This document shows, piece after piece, positions 60,216-64,000 of a stretch of DNA of 64,000 nucleotides. The notes under the pieces were generated by a model that ran no database searches, was not told the DNA's origin, and saw nothing but the letters and a program-made list of their open reading frames with translations. Position 1 is the first letter of the stretch, and every line of letters begins with the position of its first letter. Both the position numbers and the translations under genes were made by a program. Origin of the DNA: Octopus bimaculoides (lineage: Eukaryota); NCBI RefSeq assembly GCF_001194135.2, contig NC_068995.1, forward strand, positions 14,298,332-14,362,331. Direction: 5' to 3'.

Positions 60216-61866
60216 ATATGCTCTTATACACGAGGGACTACTACAAAGAGGTCAGGAACATTGATTGGCTACAACACAAAGGGCCATAGAAAAATCCATG
60301 CTAGGGTTACTAATTACATAGTTCCAATTTACCAGCTTTATTAGAATTATAAGTAATGTATGATCAAACTCCAGAGATTGGTGTTAGTCTATTAGCAAGA
60401 CTTGTTTTATTTTGTAAAATTGGCAACAAAAAAAAAAGTCTAGTGAACTTGCTTATGAAAACATTTCAGACAGTCTATCATCAGGAGAAAGTTGGTAGGA
60501 GTGAATTTGAAGATGGACAATAGTTTTACATCCTCTAACTGGCTGCAAGCAGGATTATGGGAGCTTCATACATAAACAGGAAGTTATAGGTGTGAGAAGT
60601 AGAAGGAAACAAACATGGAAGAAGATAAATCATTAATTTATTTTATCAAAGGCAGTGAGCTGGCAAAATGCTTAGCTGTATTTTGTCTGTTTTGAGTTCA
60701 AATTCTGCCGAGGTCAACTTTGCCTTTCATCCTTTCAGGGTTGATAAATTGAATACCAGTGAAACACTGGGGTTGATGCAATCAACTATCCCCATCCCCT
60801 AAATTTTGGGCCTTCTGCCCAAAATAAGGATTTTTATCAACCTAATTCCCCACAAGCAGAATTGATTTCTCATCTTACCATTTATGATTTGAACATAAGT
60901 GTAAAAGGTTTCTTTAGGCACTCTCTGTAGCAAAATAGATTTTTTTAAGAGGTTGGTGGCCTCCATCTCAATCATTCTTTATTTGGGACTGGCTGACATC
61001 CTCGTTTAAATGAGACATGACTATGCAGTCCATCAAAGGTATCTGTGCAGGCTCCTGCATGTGACTAGATGCAGAGATTGAATGACCAATCTGGAATTAC
61101 TGAACAGAAGGAACTGATAGAAATTATTATTTCCAACTTTGACACAAGGCCAGCAATATTTTAGGGTAAAGAAGATAGTTGATTACATGACGGGATACTT
61201 ATTTTATTGACCCTGGAAAGGATGAAAGGTAACGTCATCTTCAGCAGAATTTGAAACTGGAACAAAAGGAGCTGAAATAAATACAGCTAAGTGTTTTACC
61301 TAACATGCTTATGACTCTGCTGGCTCACCACCTTGGAACTAATAGTAAAAAGAATAAAATAATTCAGTTAGCTGTGTTTATATCATCGTTTTCACATCCA
61401 CTTTTCCATGCTGGCATGGATTGGTCAAAATTTGACAGATTTTCTATGGCCAAATGCCCTTCTTGTTGCCAACCTAGACCTGTTTGCCAAGTAGGGTAAT
61501 ATTTCTCCATGGCAGAGGTTTTTCAATGAAATGAATGACCCTTCTTGTATAATGATGATGCTTACTTAGAATTATCGCATGACTTCAAGACAAACATGCA
61601 TGCACATATCCATATACAACTGGCTTCTTTCAGTTTCTACCTACTATGTCCATTCACAAGGCTTTGGTCAGCCTGGAGCAATAGTAGAGGACACTTGCCC
61701 AGGGTTAGATGCAGTGGGACTAAAAATTATGGTTGGAAAGCAAACTCTTGAACTACACAATCATGCTTGTATCCATTATATATTGAGAATAAATAATGGA
61801 AAGGTATTGAAAGGATTGCTGATTGGAAACCTTATAGAAAACAACTGCTGAGAAGACAAAGATATA

Positions 61867-61990
61867 CAGGGTGTCCACAAGGTCTGGGTACATGGAGTAA
61901 ATAAAATCATAACATAAACAATTACTTTAAGAAGTTATTTCTTATATTTATGTGTTAATCCCTATGTACCCAGACTTTGTGGACACCCTG
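61867..61990. mobile_element. Tc1/mariner MITE, 124 bp
   Basis: 27-bp TIRs CAGGGTGTCCACAA(G/A)GTCTGGGTACAT with 1 mismatch; TA TSDs. Confidence 0.92.
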
Positions 61991-62328
61991 TATAAAAGAA
62001 TAATGTAAAACCTGACAAATCTGATGATAGACATGGACTGATGTACAGTACAGTACTGTACGAAATTTAGGGCTAAGTGGGATAGACTTCAAGCCCTAGG
62101 ACTTGTACAGCTGGAGCTTCATCCAATTTCCATATATATAATGACATTGTAATGTTCCTTCTTGAATAGAACACTGGTCTGTTGCCGATTTCACTTCCCA
62201 GTTATTACTGGAACTTATTTACAGTTGAATGAGCTGGAATAATGCGAGATGAAATACTCAAGAACAAACACACTGACTTATCCAATAATCAAAACCACTA
62301 TCATAACTAAATAACACAAGATATTGAT

Positions 62329-63952
62329 TTCAAATTTTGGCACAAGGCCAGTAGTTTCAGGAGGAGTGGGGTAAGTTGATTAGATTGGTGCCAGTGTTCA
62401 ACTGGTACTTAATTTTCTTGATCCCCAAAAGGATGAAAGATAAAGTTGAGCTCAGAACACGAAGACAGACTAAATGCAGCCAAGCATTTTACCCAGCACA
62501 CTACTAATATTACCACCTCACTGTCTTAAACACCACAAGATATTTATTTCGAATTCTGGCACAAGGCCAGCAATTTCAGGGGAGTGGGTAGGATTGATCT
62601 AATCAAACTCAGCCAGAATACCATTGGTCATAGGCACAAGTATGGCTGTATGGTTAAGTTTGTTCTGTGTGTGATTCCATATTCAATTCCACTGGACAGC
62701 AGAACCTTGAGCAAGTATCTTCTAGCACTTTACTGCCACTTTATTTAATCAACACTAAAATAATGAAAGGCAAATTTGACACCAATGGTATTTGTTCTCA
62801 GATATACCACAAGGTATTTTTGCAATGCTCTAATGATTCTAACATCCATCAGTCTCAATAATGGTTTCAAATTTTGGCACAAGGCCAGTAATTTTAGGGG
62901 CAGGGGATTGGTCAATTATATCGACCCCCTGTAATTGACCAGTACTTATCTTACTCCTAAAAGGATGAAAGGCAAAGTCAGTCTCAGCAGTGTTTGAACT
63001 CAGAGCATAAAGAGTCAAAAAGAAATACTGCTATGCATTTTGTCTGACATGCTACTGATTCTGTCAGCCCACTACTGTCTTATATAATTCTTTCTACTAT
63101 TGGTACAAGGCCTGACATTTTGGGAAAGAGGGCTAATCAATCACATTGACCCTCAGTATTCACCTGGTACTGACTTTATCAACTCTGAAAGAATAAAAGG
63201 TAAAGTTGACCCCAGCATGGTTTGAACTCATGAAGTGCTGAAAGAAATGCAAAGCATATTGTCCAACATTGCTAATGATTCTGCCAGTTCACCACCTTTG
63301 ATAATCCTTTTTATTATATTGGCACAAGACCTGAAATTTTGTGGTGAGGGGCTAGTTGACCCTGGTGCTCACCTGGTACTTAATTGATTGACCTCAAAAG
63401 GATGAAAGACAAAGTTAACCTCAGCAGAATTTGAACTCAGAATGTAAAAACAGGCAAAATGTTGCTAAACGTTTTACCTGTGATGCTAAGAATTCTGCCA
63501 GCCGCTGTCTTATATAATCTTTTCTACTATAGCCACAAGGCCTGAAATTTTAAAGGAAGAGGGGCCAGTTGATTACATTCAACGCTAGTACTCAACTGGT
63601 ACTTATTTTATCAACCCTAAGAGGATGAAAGACAAAGTTGACCTCAGCAGTGTTTGAACATCATCATCATCGTTTAACGTCCACTTTCCATGCTAGCATG
63701 GGTTGGACGATTTGACTGAGGACTGGTGAACCAGATGGCTACACCAGGCTCCAATCTGATTTGGCAGAGTTTCTACAGCTGGATGCCCTTCCTAACGCCA
63801 ACCACTCCGAGAGTTTAGTGGGTGCTTTTACGTACCGCCAGCATGAAGGCCAGTCAGGCAGTACTGGCAACGGCCACGCTCATGTAAAAACTCAAAAGAA
63901 ATACCATTAAGAATATAGTCCAATACACTAACAATTCTGCCAGTTCACAACC
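62329..63952 (-). repeat. Head-to-tail array of about 6 family A SINE copies
   Basis: The 3'-end motif (g/a)(c/t)acaag(g/a)cc recurs near 62340, 62560, 62878, 63103, 63322 and 63534; the last four units are contiguous with a 212-225 bp period. Confidence 0.85.
63659..63880 (-). mobile_element. Young family B retroposon nested in the last family A SINE of the array
   Basis: Interrupts the family A consensus after gtttgaa, which resumes at atgtaaaa. Confidence 0.75.
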
Positions 63953-64000
63953 TGAACTAATAATAACCAGAGCTCAATAATGACAACAGCTGTTTTGCAG

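Noticed and set aside
1-64000. CRISPR arrays, rRNA or prokaryotic/phage contamination
   Set aside because: No repeat-spacer structure or operon-like ORF density; the periodic array at 62329-63952 consists of SINE units.

Overview
AT-rich, microsatellite- and SINE-rich metazoan genomic DNA with seven N-gaps. The repeat content suggests an octopus or other coleoid cephalopod (inference). The window holds one gene, a + strand filamin. Its 5' end (CH1 and most of CH2) lies upstream of the window. I traced 35 GT-AG coding exons from 667 to the TGA at 58602-58604 (6390 nt, 2130 codons including stop, phases consistent throughout). They encode the end of CH2 and 22 Ig-like repeats equivalent to human FLNA 1-6, 8, 9, 11-15, hinge 1, 16-23, hinge 2 and 24. 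The most interesting region is the 10-kb intron 35421-45422 in the mechanosensor region. The expected Ig19-G/Ig20-A exon is not visible there and may lie in a gap. The intron instead contains a candidate internal first exon for a ~521-aa C-terminal short filamin, a frame-preserving 21-nt microexon candidate and a decayed SH3-like coding relic. Other highlights are a 48-nt hinge-1 cassette exon flanked by TGCATG motifs, conservation of the Ig22 Gln that is A-to-I recoded in vertebrate FLNA, three degenerate hammerhead-ribozyme-like motifs, a HERO-like retrotransposon end, hAT/piggyBac/mariner MITEs and a head-to-tail SINE array. No rRNA, true tRNA or CRISPR array was seen. All family assignments come from reading the sequence and recalled consensus sequences; no searches were run.
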